From the human T2T-CHM13v2.0 reference genome, Homo sapiens, in assembly GCA_009914755.4 (NCBI GenBank), contig CP068257.2, positions 16,480,001 to 16,544,000 of the forward strand: a stretch of 64,000 nt of DNA. The letters are read 5' to 3'. A program made the translations under genes and the position numbers. Under the pieces are notes generated by a model. That model saw nothing but the letters and a program-made list of their open reading frames with translations. It was not told the DNA's origin and did not search any database. Positions 11,524 through 27,130 of this stretch are shown in pieces. The number at the start of each line of letters is the position of its first letter. Position 1 is the first letter of the stretch.

Positions 11524-14500
11524 GACCATTAATTTTAAATTTATGAGTTCATTTTATTATCTCTTTAGTTAACAAGAAAATAGAAAAAAAATGGCATGGG
11601 GAAAATTGTGAGGAAAATGTTTCTAAAAAGCTATTGTCAAAGTTCTCCTTACTAGAAAAAAGGATTGTGAATTCTTCCCACTTCTCACTTATCATCTGAT
11701 TAAGCATTTTGCAGATATGACATCTAGATATGGGAAAACATAAGAAAAATATTCCAATTACTTAGGTGTCCTCCAATCCTTGGAAGGCACTCAGCCTGAT
11801 AAAAGTGAGTTCTTTGACATAATATTTTGCATAACTAAAGTTCAAACTTTATTGTTTTAACATCTATACATCTATATGTAAGCAATACCGTATGCCAGGA
11901 ACAAGTTTCTATTATAGATCTGAATTTGTCCTCCCTTAGCTAGAAAGATCATTTTATCTAGGCCAGAAGAGAATTGCTGTTACATTCTCAGCATAGGAGC
12001 ACCTTACCTGATTCATGAATTATAAGTTGAATTCCATATCCAACTGTATTTGCGTTCTTATCTATTCAGATCTTTGTTGTTTTTGTATATTAACATGTTT
12101 TCTCTCACTGTACTAGAAATCTTTTTGTTCCCTTTTTTATTAAAGGCATTTGTTGCACTCTCCTTGGCTGGCCCTCCTCCCACCTCCATCCCGTCCAATT
12201 ATGTTTGTAACTTCCTGACATATAAATGTTGATAGTAGTATGAAAAGAGATTATCTAGTATAATACACTGTCAAATATGAGTTTTTTTGCTACTGCTTTC
12301 TTACAACCTATGACTCTCGAGTCTTTGAAAGCCTAATGAAACTATTGGCAATTCTGTAATTCATTACTTTGTACTCTACAGTGCTTGTTTAACTCTTATG
12401 GGGTTTGTTCTATTAAATTACACTCCATAATAATAAAAAAAAAGACTTGCTTTGGCTATTGAAATGTTAGAAAAAGCGGTGTATGTCTATGCAGAAACTT
12501 TAAGGGCTTTCTGGCAGTTTTCTGATTGTCAAAACAAAATATAAAAGCCCTTTGTGTGCAATCCCTTCTGGATTCCTCTGTATTGGTAACCACTGCCAAT
12601 TGTTCGATGTTCATTATTTCTTGTCTCTTTTCTATGCCTGCATGTACACCTAGATATATAATTATGTAACTTAAGTGGTCCAATTCTCTGTTTCATTTAG
12701 GATGCTTTTGCTATACCTAATAGAAAATTTCTTCTGAGACCTTACATATAAATAAAGTCCTTATGGATTAAAGAACTAACATGAAAAATTGTGAAATAAT
12801 TAGAAGAAAATTCACATACCCATGCACACACACATACTATTTGCATGGGTTTCATGCATTTCTGCATATCTTGTATCCACTTTTATTCTGGACAATCTTT
12901 ACAGGAAGTTTGTACAGCAAACAGAGTTCCCTTGTGGCAGAAAGCAAGTAAATTTACTGTCCAGGATAATAAAGATAATATCTGCTTACAGGAGAAAGGT
13001 TAGGCAGATTTGCGTATAGCCCCCTTTAGAAGGTTGCCATTTCTTAAGCTCAGGGCTCATCAACTCAAACATAAGCCAACTATATGTATAACATATATGT
13101 GTAAGCATCACTCTGTAGGGCACGGGGGTGATAGGAATCTTTATGAACATGAAGCTCACACTCATACTGCCTATTGTGTGGCTAATAAATTCTTTTGTCA
13201 CTGAACTGGGAGTCCCATCTCTTCTGCCAGCATCTATAAAACTGTGTCAGAATAACTTAGTTTGCAAGTAGTTCAAAATCTCAGATATTTCTTAGTTCCT
13301 GAATATATCTGTGTCTACTATTATATCATCTGTATCAATTACCTATCTATCTCTCTATCATCTATCTATCTAGAGATATATCTGAGCAATTTGCTTTGGC
13401 AATAGTAATAATTTTTCTAAGCACGATATACACATTTACACAATGATGAACAAAAGTCTAGGCAGGGAGGCGGGTATAACTCTCTCATGCCCCTTTTTAT
13501 ATATTCACATCTATGTTCTACTTAAATCTTTCAGTGATTCTTCAGCACCTTCATGATGAGGTTACCACTCTTTTGTTATCTAGGTGTGCATATGCCTCTG
13601 CCTGATCTTGCCATTTTTATACTTGGATGATCTCTTTTGCCACTGTTAACTTGTGGATCTCTCTGATGCTATTGATAAACAGTGGTGACTTCACTTTTTA
13701 GTCCACTGAGTGAAAGGTGGAGGTGTTTTAAGTCAAGCTGGCATCTCACTCTTGTAGGTGGATCTCTAAGTTTGCTATCATTTCTGTGGCTCATCTTTCT
13801 TTGCTCCTTTCCTTCAGACTGAATACATTGAACTGTATACAATATAGGTAATATAGACCTGCAACCGAAGGGCCACAAGCTCTCAGAATGTTAGTACGTG
13901 GGCTGAGGAACAATGAAAGATGGTATGGGCTTAACGTATTATGCAAATGAAAGTCTTTTCAAACTGAGTTTAATAAATACTCCTTCTACCATTTCTTCCC
14001 TTTTCAGCTATCCATTTAAATCCATCATGCTGAGGCACTTCCTCCCTTCCTGAAGGTACTTTCACCTCTCTCACAAGAGGAGGAGATTGCAACTTAAGTT
14101 TTGCACATTTGGGTGACACTTTAAGATTCAGCCAAATACTAATAGATCTTTCCTTTGATCAAGCCATAAAGGATTTAGAATGAGAAGTGGCATTAATTCC
14201 AATCTATCTGTTACTAGAGAGAGCTATGTTAGTCTTTATTGGCTTACCTATGATGTAAATAAACCACACCAAGGTGAAAGTTCATATAAAAAATTAAGTT
14301 AACAAAGATGTGCTTTTTCTTATTAGCCTGACTTTGATCTTGCTCATTGGGAATAGTAAATTTTACCACTGATATGACTATGAAAAGTTTTGCTTTTTCT
14401 TGACTCACTTGAGCCATGTTTGCATTATAAGAAAAACTACACTTACCGTAAGTAAATGGCACTCTCTATCTCTCTTTCTCCTATTGAAGTGTAATGGTGC

Positions 14501-15176
14501 CAATCCTGATTACAGTCTTTTATTATTATATACAAGGAAAATTCTATTTCATCCTGTTACACTTGAGTTTTCATTTAATCAGTTTACAGGTTGCCCTTTG
14601 CCAATTCTGTTAATTTAATTTCCTAACATTTTCATTTATGCGCTCTCAGTTCCAACTGTTTCAAACTCTTCAGGTTCCCTACTATGAGTTATTGATTTTT
14701 TTTTTCATTTTCATGAAGCTTCATTCAAGCAAAATCTTACATGAAACTCAAAAATACAGAATACATAAGAACACAGTTGCTTCGATGGAAGCAATTGAGT
14801 AGCCTCAGCGTTCCATCCAATTATCTTTTTCCAGCTCCAATCCACAGACTGCCATATTTCTCACAACTTCTGTCCACTGTCTCCCACTCCTTCATCTGGT
14901 CAATCCCTTCTCCTATATCAATTTTTAATTCTTGGAAGTCTTTTCTACCCTGCCATTATCTCTGAGATGTCACAGCAGTCAAATCTACCTCTATCATAGT
15001 ACATCACATCTATCTGTTAGAGTGGGGTATCTCTCACTGACAAAGGGTCAGATACTGTTTGAAACCAAATATGACTCTTGCATTTTGTGTTCCTAATGCC
15101 AATAATAGTACCCAAGCCATGGTAGTTGTTCAATATAAGTGTTTTCTGAGTGAATGTATGGATAAATAAGAATTTC

Positions 15177-15492
<316 letters not shown>

Positions 15493-15960
15493 TGAATTTC
15501 TACAGTGACATCTCTGCCTTAAAGCATTTGTTTTTTGTATGTTCATTTTACTCAACAAATATAACCAACTGTTAGTTCTCCATCATCAAGGAAAAAGAGG
15601 AATGAAATGCACAATATTAAAATACTTCAGTTTGGGATTAGGATTACTTCTATTTTTAATGGATACTATTTCCTTTGATTTTCTGGGCAGTCTCATGTTT
15701 TTCTCAAAATCATTGAGCACCACGATAAAGTTGACTTAGACAGAAATTGAACAGTGCCTAAGTTTGACTGTTTCTATTCCCTTTTAAAATGCTTCCCATG
15801 TACCACACAGCCCAGGAATGGGGATCATCATCTCTCAGGTGAATGCAAATTGACATCCTAAAATGAGGCACCACTGAGTGTTTTATATACCTTGCCACTT
15901 CCCTAGGAGAAGTAATTATTTGGTACAAATTACATTTTTACTTAGTAGCTTATCCTGTGG

Positions 15961-15992
15961 GAGTGTGTGTGTGCGTGCGCACACACATATAC
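15961..15992. repeat. (GT)n/(GC)n/(CA)n compound microsatellite
   Basis: 'gagtgtgtgtgtgcgtgcgcacacacatatacacg'. Confidence 0.85.
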
Positions 15993-16071
15993 ACGTTGGG
16001 GCCAAAAGAATCTTAAGTGTAGACTATTTACAGAGTAGCAGATACTCTCAATGAAGAAGGTAAATCAAAGC

Positions 16072-16180
16072 ATATATATATATATATATATATATATGTA
16101 TACACATACATACACACACATATGCTCACATATATGATATACATCATATATGCATATATATATAAATATATAAATAGTTT
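16072..16180. repeat. Compound (TA)n/(CA)n/(TATG)n microsatellite
   Basis: 'catatatatatatatatatatatatatgtatacacatacatacacacacatatgctcacatatatgatatacatcatatatgcatatatatataaatatataaatag'. Confidence 0.9.
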
Positions 16181-19100
16181 TTGTTAGGAGCCATATTATA
16201 TAATCTGCTTTGGTGTGATAATCCCATAAGATGTGCTTAATTTAAAGTCCAATGCCCTATACCATGACATACAGAAAAAAGATTACTTTCTGCTCATCTC
16301 ATTTCACATTTGCAACACACTAAATTATCAGTTTTTACAATGCAGCAGTGGTTTGGGCTTGCCATCCCTAACTATTACTAAAGGTGAATGACAACAGATA
16401 TTTTGGGCATCCTGAGTAGCCTGAAGTCTTCCTCTTCTATCCACTTAAAATGACTTAAATCCTTGGCCTGTGTGCAATGTAAAACCAACACCCTCTTCCT
16501 TATTTCTGAGGGTTTTAAAGGAATTGATGTTGTCCAGATACCTCCCATTCTGCATTCCTTCTCCTCCTGATTTCTGATTTACTCACCTTCCTATCATTGC
16601 TCCTGGGATTGTTTGCCCTCCTCCAATTTCTTTAAGTGTTAACAACTTTTTTTTATGATCCTTCTTCAAAGAAATCAACTAAACATAACTATCATAATTA
16701 GCATTTTTAATGGAAAGATTCAGGATAATGGACAAGAATTACAACACAGTCAACAACTTCAACTTGAATATGTTAAATATCAGGTATTTCCTCATTTACC
16801 TACTTAGAGCGTTTTTCAACAGGTGCCTTTCTCCCAGTTGCCAAGATCTTCCTAACTTCTCTTAAGTTACATCTTCCAAACCCCAGATTCTTTAGTCTGC
16901 AGAGCAATATCACTCTCAACCTTTATGCTATACCAGGCCATGGAACTAACTTTGAGAAGCTAAAATATTCATTAACAACTTTCTTAAACAAAATTGTCAT
17001 TTACCTCTGAAGCAGATGCTGCCTTTGCCTGGAAAGTGAAAACACATTTTATTTTTTAAAAATAACAACGATGGTATATAGATGCATGCGTATGTGTATA
17101 TATGCTTTCTTTTATACCTAGAGGTGCTGCCCTTACTGTGAGAAATTGTTCATTCAGGTAGCTGTGTCTTTACCATTATGATAGCTTATATGGATGTACA
17201 TCTAACTGTATTATATACACATGTATAACACATGTATATACAGTGTATGTTTTGATGTTTACCCACAATAAGAACACTTTCTTGCTGAATACAATTTTAA
17301 AAACTCAATTTGTCTCTGGAAATTTAGGGACCAAAAAAAACCTCCAAAAATCAGTACTTTTGTCTGAAAATTACCCAGGAATTAAAATATGTATTGTCAG
17401 GTTCATTTTGCCCTTCCTATGAAACAGCATTTTGTTACACAACTTCATTATTAAAACATTATTTTTTATGTGTCCAACAACTTATATCCTGACTTATCTT
17501 TTTTTTTTTTATGTATAGTAGGTCCAGAGCCCCTTACTCTATTTTCCACTGTAAAATCTTTGTTGATTCCATTTATTTCATATCATTATATATTTTGGAA
17601 TTTGATCATATTTAAGCCAAAATTGGGGAAAATTTCAATGCATCTTTAACTTAAAAATATGGAATCTTAAAAATATTTAAATGAACTTTAATGTAACACT
17701 CCAGTTTATTATTTTCATAGTGTTTACAACATTTTCCTAAAGTAAAAGTGGATGACCATGATAGAATTCCTACTCACCTCCTGTTTTCTGGTTTAAATAA
17801 CTATCAATTAAAATATGACAGCTTTTTCTGTTATCATATTTATAGTCATATTGATGGAGATTCCTTTTATTTACAGAATTTTATTGATTTTGCAAGTTCC
17901 TAAAAGGTACTTGGAAGGAACAGTAATGGAATGGATGGATGCATTGCCTTGTAGATCAATCAAAGAGAATTTCACGGATTGTAAAGTGAGAACACATTTA
18001 CTGAGGTCAGCATTTTTGTTCCTGCTGCTCTTTCTGGAACTGCAGCCAGCGACTTATTAGTACTGGTTGCATACTTTCTGGAATAGCAAGCGAATAAGAG
18101 CACAATACAGCAGAGTTTCTTGGCAGGGAGTTGCATTTTCTTAACTGCTTTAATTCTCATGATTGCATTAGGTGCAGTTCATCTCTGATGAAATGCTCTC
18201 AGCCAAGACTTAGGAATATATCAAATAGGAGCTGATGTTTCATTTCTTGGAGCAGGGCACTCAGTTGTAGATACAGGCATGGATGAACTCAAGTGCAGTT
18301 GCAGTAGAAATGAAAAAGCTAACAAATAGTTTGGGTAATATTATATTTTATTTTCTTCTATGTCATTTCATAAAAGATAATGCTGCAATCAGGTTGGTGT
18401 GTGAATGTGCGCATGAGTATGTGTAAAAGCCTATGAGTATGTTTGTGAATTTGTGTATATATGTATGTTTATACTCCAATAAAAACCGTGTCTATTTGAG
18501 TCATGAATAGACTTTACATAAGCACAGTTGAATCTCACGTTCAGCAGTGTAGGTAGAAATTTTTACATTGTCTGGAAATTGCAAGCGGAAGACTGTGATT
18601 TAGGGATGGGATATAAAGAGGTTCAGCAATGAAGGACTACGTAGAGAGAAGGGCCACTGGAGAACCCATTGGAGGTAAAATTGACCTCATGTTTTGAAAA
18701 AGTGATAAAAATAAGTGAACAAATGGCAACCATCAACAAAAATGACACAATTCCTTCCTTTGGAGTGTCATTAGGGAGTTATGTGTTATAAAATTCATTA
18801 TTGAAATTCGAGGCATGAAAGCTCATGGCCCAAGTAAAGTGGGGGCAGAGACTGAGTTAATGGAAGGGCTATGTAACCATTAATGGCTCATCCCAAGCAT
18901 AGCTGACCATGACCTCCTAGCTGACCACGACCTCCACTGTGTGCAGTGGAATCCTGGGAAATTTAAGAGCTACTCTCTGATATGCTGAGACTTTGCAGGC
19001 CCATTCAGAGAGCTAAATAAAACAACATGGTTGCAGGTAATGGCAACAAGCTAAATAGCTAAAATCACCCACGACATTTAGATATGTATTCCAGGCTGTT

Positions 19101-22100
19101 AGTTTAATGTTTGCTGTATGTACTATGTAGTCTTTTCTGTTAATTATATTTCTTAACTAATTTTTAGAAAGAGTACTCTACTTGAAGTTCATAACTGATA
19201 GGGAGAAAGGTGGGAATGGGAATGGGAAACTGTACAAATATTTAATGACTCTAAATATTTGAGAGAACTGAGGAAATATCACATGGATTATGGTGCTAAA
19301 AAGGACTGTTATCTAACTGAGTTTTTGTCCTGATCCACTTCCTGTTCCTTATCTTATTGTACTATTCCATCTTCTGCCACTTAAATTCACAGAAACAAAA
19401 TGCAAGTAAATGCATCTCTTTTTCTTGCCTTCCCAGACTGATTTAATAAAAATGGCTAGATTTCTAGGAAGAGAACATCTTTTTGGAGTCCACTCCCTGA
19501 GCTGCGAATAAATGGAAAGCTTACACAGGAATTGAAGAATTTGAAAACGTGGATAATTTGCTCCTTGACCTTTGGACAATTTACTTAACCTCTTTAAATG
19601 TCAACAGCTTTCTTACAAAATGGGAGGCAAACTTGATAATCCCTAAAATTTAAAAATGTATAACATTATACAGAGAGGACAGTGGTAAACTTAGGACTGC
19701 TGCCCTTTCTATATGATGTAATTTTATATAAGACAAACCTATAACAGGTCTAATGGACCACTGTTTACAGTTTGAGTCACCAGTGCCTTACCCATATTTC
19801 CTTTTAACTATATCTCATAAATTCATATGAAAAACCCTTATAGACCTATTCCACATAAGGGGAAGGAAAACTAGGAAGCATGAAAAATGAATATTAATTT
19901 AATTAAACTTTTCTATAATGGCTCACTGTCTGTTCCAGAATCTGAAAAGTCCCAGATACCAGAAAGCTGGAAAAAAATAGAGCCAGAAAATGGGACTAAG
20001 AAGGACTCTGCTTTCATAGTAAAATACTCAACATCCTTGCTGTTTTTAATAATGTGGAAAGTTGATAATGGTGGTGGTATGGCTGGTGGGTTTGTGTGTA
20101 CGTGCATGTGGTGTATATAATTATATACATATAATTACTTTTAGAGCTCTTGCATCTTGAAAAACACCCATCTGTTTGGTAACATTTTATGTTGTGGCAC
20201 TTTCCTCACATTTGAAAATGCGAATTTTGATACAAAGACGTGTATTGTTTTTTTTTCCACACTAAGATTCAGAATGTTCTGGCACAGATATTTCTCATTC
20301 ATGTTAGATATCTACATTCAGTATAACATTAGCTATTTAGATATCAATAAGTAGAATTCTTTTTATATGGGAGTTACTGGGTGAGTCCAACTTGAAGTTG
20401 AGGATATTTTAGACAAAGACAAAAGCATAATGTAGATAAATGCATCAAGCATAAAAAGGAAAAGATCAAAGTGAAGAAAAGAAAAGTAATGGAGATAAAC
20501 CCAGAAAGGTGGACTTGGAGTAATCATGGGGACCCTTGAGCTTTATTTGGCAAGTAAAGGCTAAACTTACTGAAGGTTTATATGCAGGAAGTTTGCATGA
20601 TCATTGCTGAGCTTTATAAATAATTTAGTAGAAGTATATAAAATTAAATAAAATATATAAATACTAACAATGGGGAGTAAAATTAGGAAGACCATTTTCA
20701 TAACCTTCTCAAACATGTGAAAAAAGAAAAAATGTGCCACTCCACACACTGGAGTGAAATGAATGGAATGAACAGCAGTAGAGAAAAGACATTCTGAGTG
20801 TCCAAATCTTAGTGTCTGAGACATAGTATTATCATTAGAAATGGGCAACACAGAAGATGATTGGATTTGCTTAGGTTTTTAAAGGAGGATGATGAAATTT
20901 TGCTGGAAACTGAGAATTGGAGTTGACAGCATGCTATACACATGACACTTCCCTAGCGGCATTTGGAAATGCCTAGAGAAGTTAAAGCTTGAAATAGAGA
21001 TTTGTGTGGTGGCTTCGCAGGTGTGGTGGCTGTAACCCTGGAGGAGATCCCCTTGAGAAAGAACAGGAAAAAAAAAAAAAAAGAAAATGATAATGTGTTG
21101 TTGGGAGAAACTCCTACATTTGTAGATCAGCAGGAGAAATAAGCCAGAGAAGCAAACAAGCTGAAGGTAAGAATCAGGAAGCGTGTCAAGAAACTACATT
21201 GACTCTGACTAGGCAATGTGAAAGTTTTGATGGTAGTCGCCCAGGTATTATTGATTACTGTGAACTGACCGGTGCTTCACTTAAAACTTGAATTCCTGTC
21301 CAAATTTAAATGTTGAACAGATCATACAATGGAGACTGTTTAATGAGTGTTATAAGGAGGTGCCCCCAAAGAATTCGGAAATTACAGAAATATGTTTGCT
21401 TTTTGTCAATAAAACAAAACAAAAATCAAACCTATTGAAAATCGAGATCATATTCTTTGACCTAGCTAGAAAATTGTAATTAAAGGGGAAATGGATTGGT
21501 TTGTACAGAAAAGGTCCTTTTAGAGAAGCAAGCTTTGGAATTTTAGTTCCAGCATTGTCCCGGGAGAGAGATGCAACACTTGAGGGACTCAGCTCATTCA
21601 TGAGAAAAATGTTCTCTTCTGTGGGCGGAAATACTTCTTTAGGCTTCATCAGAACAAAATAACCCCCATTTAAATCCTTGAGCTTTGCTTTAATTCTGTG
21701 CCATCGATCAACCTACTTATCCAATTATTGGCTATGAATATTAAAGAAAGCATGGGAATTAGAAGTGGTATTTTCTACAGTGTTAGTTTTCTACAATGTT
21801 GGTATTCTTAATTATACAACTATTTTATGAGAATTAGTTAGAGTCATTTTATCACCTATTTCTGGGTGCAGTGTTAAGTCCCAGTTTCTGGTTTCAAGTT
21901 GAAGAGAAGACTGCAGATTACGGTAGACCAGCTTGGGTCACGTTACCCTGAGAGACCACTTCAGATCCATTTCCACTGGACTTACCTTTCTTCTCAACTT
22001 TTTACCATTCATTTTCTATTCCAAGAATTTTCAAATCTGCAGTTCCCTGGTGATCAAATGGTCTTTTCTTACAAAACTTGTATTCAGATCTGCCAGGAGA

Positions 22101-22857
22101 ACCATCAGGTGTTATACTGTTTTCTGACAAATATATGCAGACAATAGCTGGCTGCATGCCTAGATTAGTGTGTGGTAAACACAGTTGACTGATTGACTGG
22201 GATCTACTTTGCATTTGATGGTTGCAGAGTACTTAAGTGCTTTGTGTATTTCTATCTTTGGGTTGCTTAGAGATAGAAAGCCCTAAGGTTTTAGAATCCC
22301 AGGATAATTATATTTCAGAATGAGAAGACATAATGAGCTATAGTTTAGATTCCACTAAAACCAGAGTATTCAGTAATTTTTATAGACCAGTTAATTTACT
22401 CATCTTCCTTACTATATTTGTTTTCTCTTTCAGTGACTGGAACTATTGTTTTCCAGTAAATCCTAGAGGGAAACACTCTGTAAATGAATTGATAGTTACA
22501 TAAATATAATATTTGTCAAGGCACGAAGTGCTAGGAGCATATTTTCCAGGTTAAGCACCATAAATTAATCCATACATACTGAGAAATTAAGAAGTAGGAA
22601 CACTATAACCATGTATATACACATATTCTGCTTAAACATTTGTGTCGATTGATTTGACTTTTCTTTAAATCCAATATTTCTCCAATATCTATTTTTCTAA
22701 CATCTTTAACACCATAAATAATAAAATGTTTCATGATTTTAATTATTATGACAAGTATGCTTTTTATACAGAGAGATTAATTTCCTTGTCTATTTCTGTC
22801 AATGGGTACTGTTGAAAATAAATTGTGTTTAAAAAGTTTTTGTATGATTATAGGCAT

Positions 22858-23095
22858 GAATTCTGTGGCAAGATGGTCTGAATTTGAACCCTAGTTTCCT
22901 CAAATATTAACTGTGTTACTTTCGGCAATTTACTTAAACTCTATGAGTCTCACTTTTCTCATCTATAAGACGGGAGAGTAATAGCTCCTAGTCCCTAGTG
23001 TTGTTTTGTGAATGATTTAAAATATATAAATCACTTAGCATAGTGTCCAGAACATATTAATGCTAGGTGATAGTTGGCCATTATTATAACTCAAT
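22858..23095 (+). mobile_element. MIR SINE (near full-length, diverged)
   Basis: 'aatttgaaccctagtttcctcaaatattaactgtgttactttcggcaatttacttaaactctatgagtctcacttttctcatctataagacgggagagtaatagctcctagtccctagtgttgttttgtgaatgatttaaaatatataaatcacttagcatagtgtccagaacatattaatgctaggtgatagttggccattattataac' is colinear with the MIR consensus. Confidence 0.7.
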
Positions 23096-24497
23096 GTGCA
23101 TTTATTTAGGTATTCAGATATCTTACAGAGATTTTTCAGAATAATAACATCCTAATTTATGAAAAATTACTTCCTGCTACTGAAAATTAATTAGGCTATC
23201 CTTTTATAAAATTATATATTCGACATTTATTCAATATAATTGAATATTTCTTTCCCCAACCTTCTACATTGGGGTACTATAATTTCATTAACTTTTCTAA
23301 CAAAACCAAGTGATTATATTGAGACAGTAACATAACCAACATTTTCAGAACTTGCAACATTGGTCTAGTAATTTACAGCTACCCAGATTAATTTGAAAGC
23401 TATTTACATGTAATTAGTAGGATTTCTTGTATTCGGTCAATAATATTATCTTTGATTGGATAATAGTAACCAAGGCTTGATATACATGTTTATACATAAA
23501 GCTTATTTTACTTTAAATTTCTGGGGTCATTTATTGTAAAGGGAATCATATCAGTTATTTGATATCTGAGAGGATAATTCTTTATATTTGAAAATTATTA
23601 TATTTTATTGTGGCACTTATAGAACATTTTTTCTGTTAGCCTCTTAGCCTAAAGCACTGAAATATTATGTAGAATATTGTGTTAGGGTACAACAATAAGG
23701 GAATTTGATTTTACAATTAGGAGAATTTGTACAGCTTGTTCCAATTATCACTCTTCATTTTATATATACAACTAACCTTAAGGCCTCATTTACATGAAAG
23801 TTGGTTCACTTTCAACCGGTGTGCATGTCACTTGTGATGATTTCTAGTCTACTTCATGCAAAGCAATTTCAGTAAGTGCTTACCTTGAAGTGATTTATGT
23901 TCACACAAAGACCACGGGGATCCCACTTACTGATTCCATCATACGACAAGCTCTCATAACTCTCTATTTCTCTAGAAATAATATTTTATATAATTGCATC
24001 AGGTTATATTGTTTAAAATGTTGAATCTGTTTCTTACCTCTTCCCTGGAGGTTATAAAAAAAATCACTTTTTTTCCTCCATTGTAAGAAGATTTTAAAAT
24101 TTTTCTTTCTATGGTATCATTGAATTCAGGAGGGCGGGGCAAGTGAGTTTAGGAAGAAGTAAATACTGATAAATTCTATAAGGTAAACATGAAAAGCCTT
24201 AAAGAAAGCAGGTTATATTCAGAATCACATTAACAAAGTAAAGGTTCAAAACAGTATTATTTTTATATAAGAATTACAACTTTGATGCTTTGAAAATAAA
24301 TTATTTGTATGTCAATTATACATGACTAATTTCAATTTTAAGTTGTTATTCTTTGTAGTAACAAATCTAGAATATTAATCTTTACCTTGTTAAAAGCCTG
24401 CTTTTATTTACTACAAATACATTGTGTAGTAAACAAGATGTTCAAGTCAGTAAAGCAGAACACTTCAACATCTCTGCTCATTAGAAAGTGGCATTTG

Positions 24498-24803
<306 letters not shown>

Positions 24804-25146
24804 TCAATATGATATTGAATTCATCTTTAACCTATATGTGAAAAGATGACCTGATAGGCATTAAAAAGTTGTTTTTTCTGAATGCTTGCTTATATAGCAT
24901 AGAATGGAGGGTGGGCTGTTAAAATGAGGCAATAACCTGTTTCATTCGGGGTCAATGTGTTCAAGAAAGAAAGCTTGATATCCTGTCAAGTGTTTATGAA
25001 ATATATTACTGTGTTTCTAAGACTTCATAAAGAATCTCAGAAGCTTCCAGTTTGAAGCCTGAGAATATGGCTTGAGTTTGTTTAAGGGTCAAAGAAACCA
25101 GATTATGGTTATTTTTCCTTTCACTTTGTGATGATTTCACTGATGA

Positions 25147-25618
<472 letters not shown>

Positions 25619-25665
25619 GGAAAAGTTTTAAAAATGAGTCTGAAATTTCATTACTGCACCGTACC

Positions 25666-26044
25666 TGATATGGTTTAGCTTGTGTTTCCACCCAAATCTC
25701 ATCTTGAATTGTAATCTGAATCGTAATACCCACATAGTGGGGGCGGGACATTTTGGGAGGTGATTGGGTCATGGAGGTGGTTCCCCCATGCTGTTCTCAT
25801 GAGAATGAGTGAGTTCTCATGAGACCTGATGGCTTCATAATGGCCTCTGACCCCTTTGCTCAGCACTTCTCTCTCCTGCTGCCTTGTGAAGAGGGACGTT
25901 GTTTGCTTCCCCTTCCATCATAATTGTAAGTTTCCTGAGGCCTCCCCAGCCATGTGGAACTGTGGGTCAATTAAACTTCTTCCCTTTATAAATTACCCAG
26001 TCTCAGCTATTTCTTTATAGCAGTGTGAAAACAAACTAATACAG
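25666..26044 (+). mobile_element. MaLR solo LTR of THE1/MST type
   Basis: 'tgatatggtttagcttgtgtttccacccaaatctcatcttgaattgtaatc...ggaggtgattgggtcatggaggtggttcccccatgctgttctcatgagaatgagtgagttctcatgagacctgatggcttcataa...cctccccagccatgtggaactgtgggtcaattaaacttcttccctttataaattacccagtctcagctatttctttatagcagtgtgaaaacaaactaatacag' is near-colinear with the THE1 consensus. Confidence 0.8.
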
Positions 26045-26929
26045 TACTTACACATTTTTTACCGATATCTCTCATCTCTTTTATTTCAAGAGAAGTGGCT
26101 AATCTGAGCTCTTAGTATCCCCTTGTAACCAGTATTGTAAAGAAGAATATTTTGGCATCCACTCTTTTTTATTTAGCCCCATAAAAACTATTTCCAGCTT
26201 ATTGGCTTTTCTAGTGTTTCTGACTAATGTTATTTTGATCAAACCTGAAATGTCTACCTTCTTCTCTCATTGCTACTGTGTTGAGATCTTGGAAGAGGGT
26301 GAAAAGTGACTCATTACTTTTTCCAATTCTCTTTTAATCCTTTTAGCTTTACCTTCTTGGCCTTATGTACTCTGCTTGGCAAAGAGAAAGGAGCTTCATG
26401 TTCTGACCATTGGAAAAGAGTCTTAATATTTTTTAAATGTGCTACTATTCTCTAGGGCTATTTTGCTAGAAAGGTTTTGACAGTTGTTTGAGTTGCTCCT
26501 CTTCCTCCTGTGTTTGGGCTTAAAAATCACATGGAAGAGTACACTTGGTTAGTAATGTTCTGGTTTGGTTATGTGTGTACAGAGAAGAGGAATGGCCTGC
26601 TCCGCAGACTCAGCAAACTATTCTCTGGAAGATTCCTGGTCATTGTGGAAGTAGCTAGAATCTACCACATTCGAAGTAGCACCCTTCCCCTCTCCAAGCG
26701 CTGGTGGTCCCCCTGCTGCTTCCTGTTCTTTGGTTCTTCCCTATTCTAGTTGTGTTCCCAAGCCTTGTCTCTGTCAAACAGCTGCCTAAAATGTGGCTAA
26801 ATCTGCTAAATAAAAAGACAAGATCTTAGAGAAAGTAATTCTTTTCATGTGTGGCTTATAGACATAATTTCTATTATTTTCTTATAATCACAGGGAGTTC
26901 TCAACTTTGTCATATAAATTGTGGAAGAT

Positions 26930-27130
26930 AATGTTGATTGTTTTATTTCAGGGATTGGCAGTCTTTTTCTGCAAAGGGCCAGGTAGCAAATATTTTAGGC
27001 TTTGTAGGCATCTGGTCTCTGTCACTTCTACTCAACTCTGCTGTTACAGTGTGGAAGGAGCCATAGACAGTATGTAAACAAATTAACAAGTGTGGCTGGA
27101 GTGTGTGCTAACACAGAACTTATCTAATAG
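26930..27130. mobile_element. Fragment of a MER-type non-autonomous DNA transposon (family not assigned)
   Basis: 'ggcagtctttttctgcaaagggccaggtagcaaatattttaggctttgtaggcatctggtctctgtcacttctactcaactctgctgttacagtgtggaaggagccatagacagtatgtaaacaaat' resembles a common human MER element ('ctttttctgtaaagggccagatagtaaatattttaggctttgcgggccatatggtctctgtc...ctcaactctgcc...agccatagacaatatgtaaac'). Confidence 0.45.

Noticed and set aside
17815-18160. Overlapping 81-aa plus-strand and 62-aa minus-strand ORFs in non-repeat sequence
   Set aside because: Both have low-complexity, hydrophobic composition typical of AT-rich random frames. There are no splice-site pairs and no codon-usage signal I can see; chance ORFs of this size are expected in 64 kb.
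19553-19625. Possible additional MIR fragment ('ctccttgacctttggacaatttacttaacctctttaaatgtcaacagctttcttacaaaatggg')
   Set aside because: It is too short and diverged to call confidently by eye. It is probably a MIR core remnant but is left out of the feature list.
20340-21500. Region that feels repeat-like (possible L2/old LINE remnant) around 'gacacttccctagcggcatttggaaatgcctagagaagttaaagcttgaaatagagatttgtgtggtggc'
   Set aside because: I could not align it to any consensus I remember well enough, so no family call is made.
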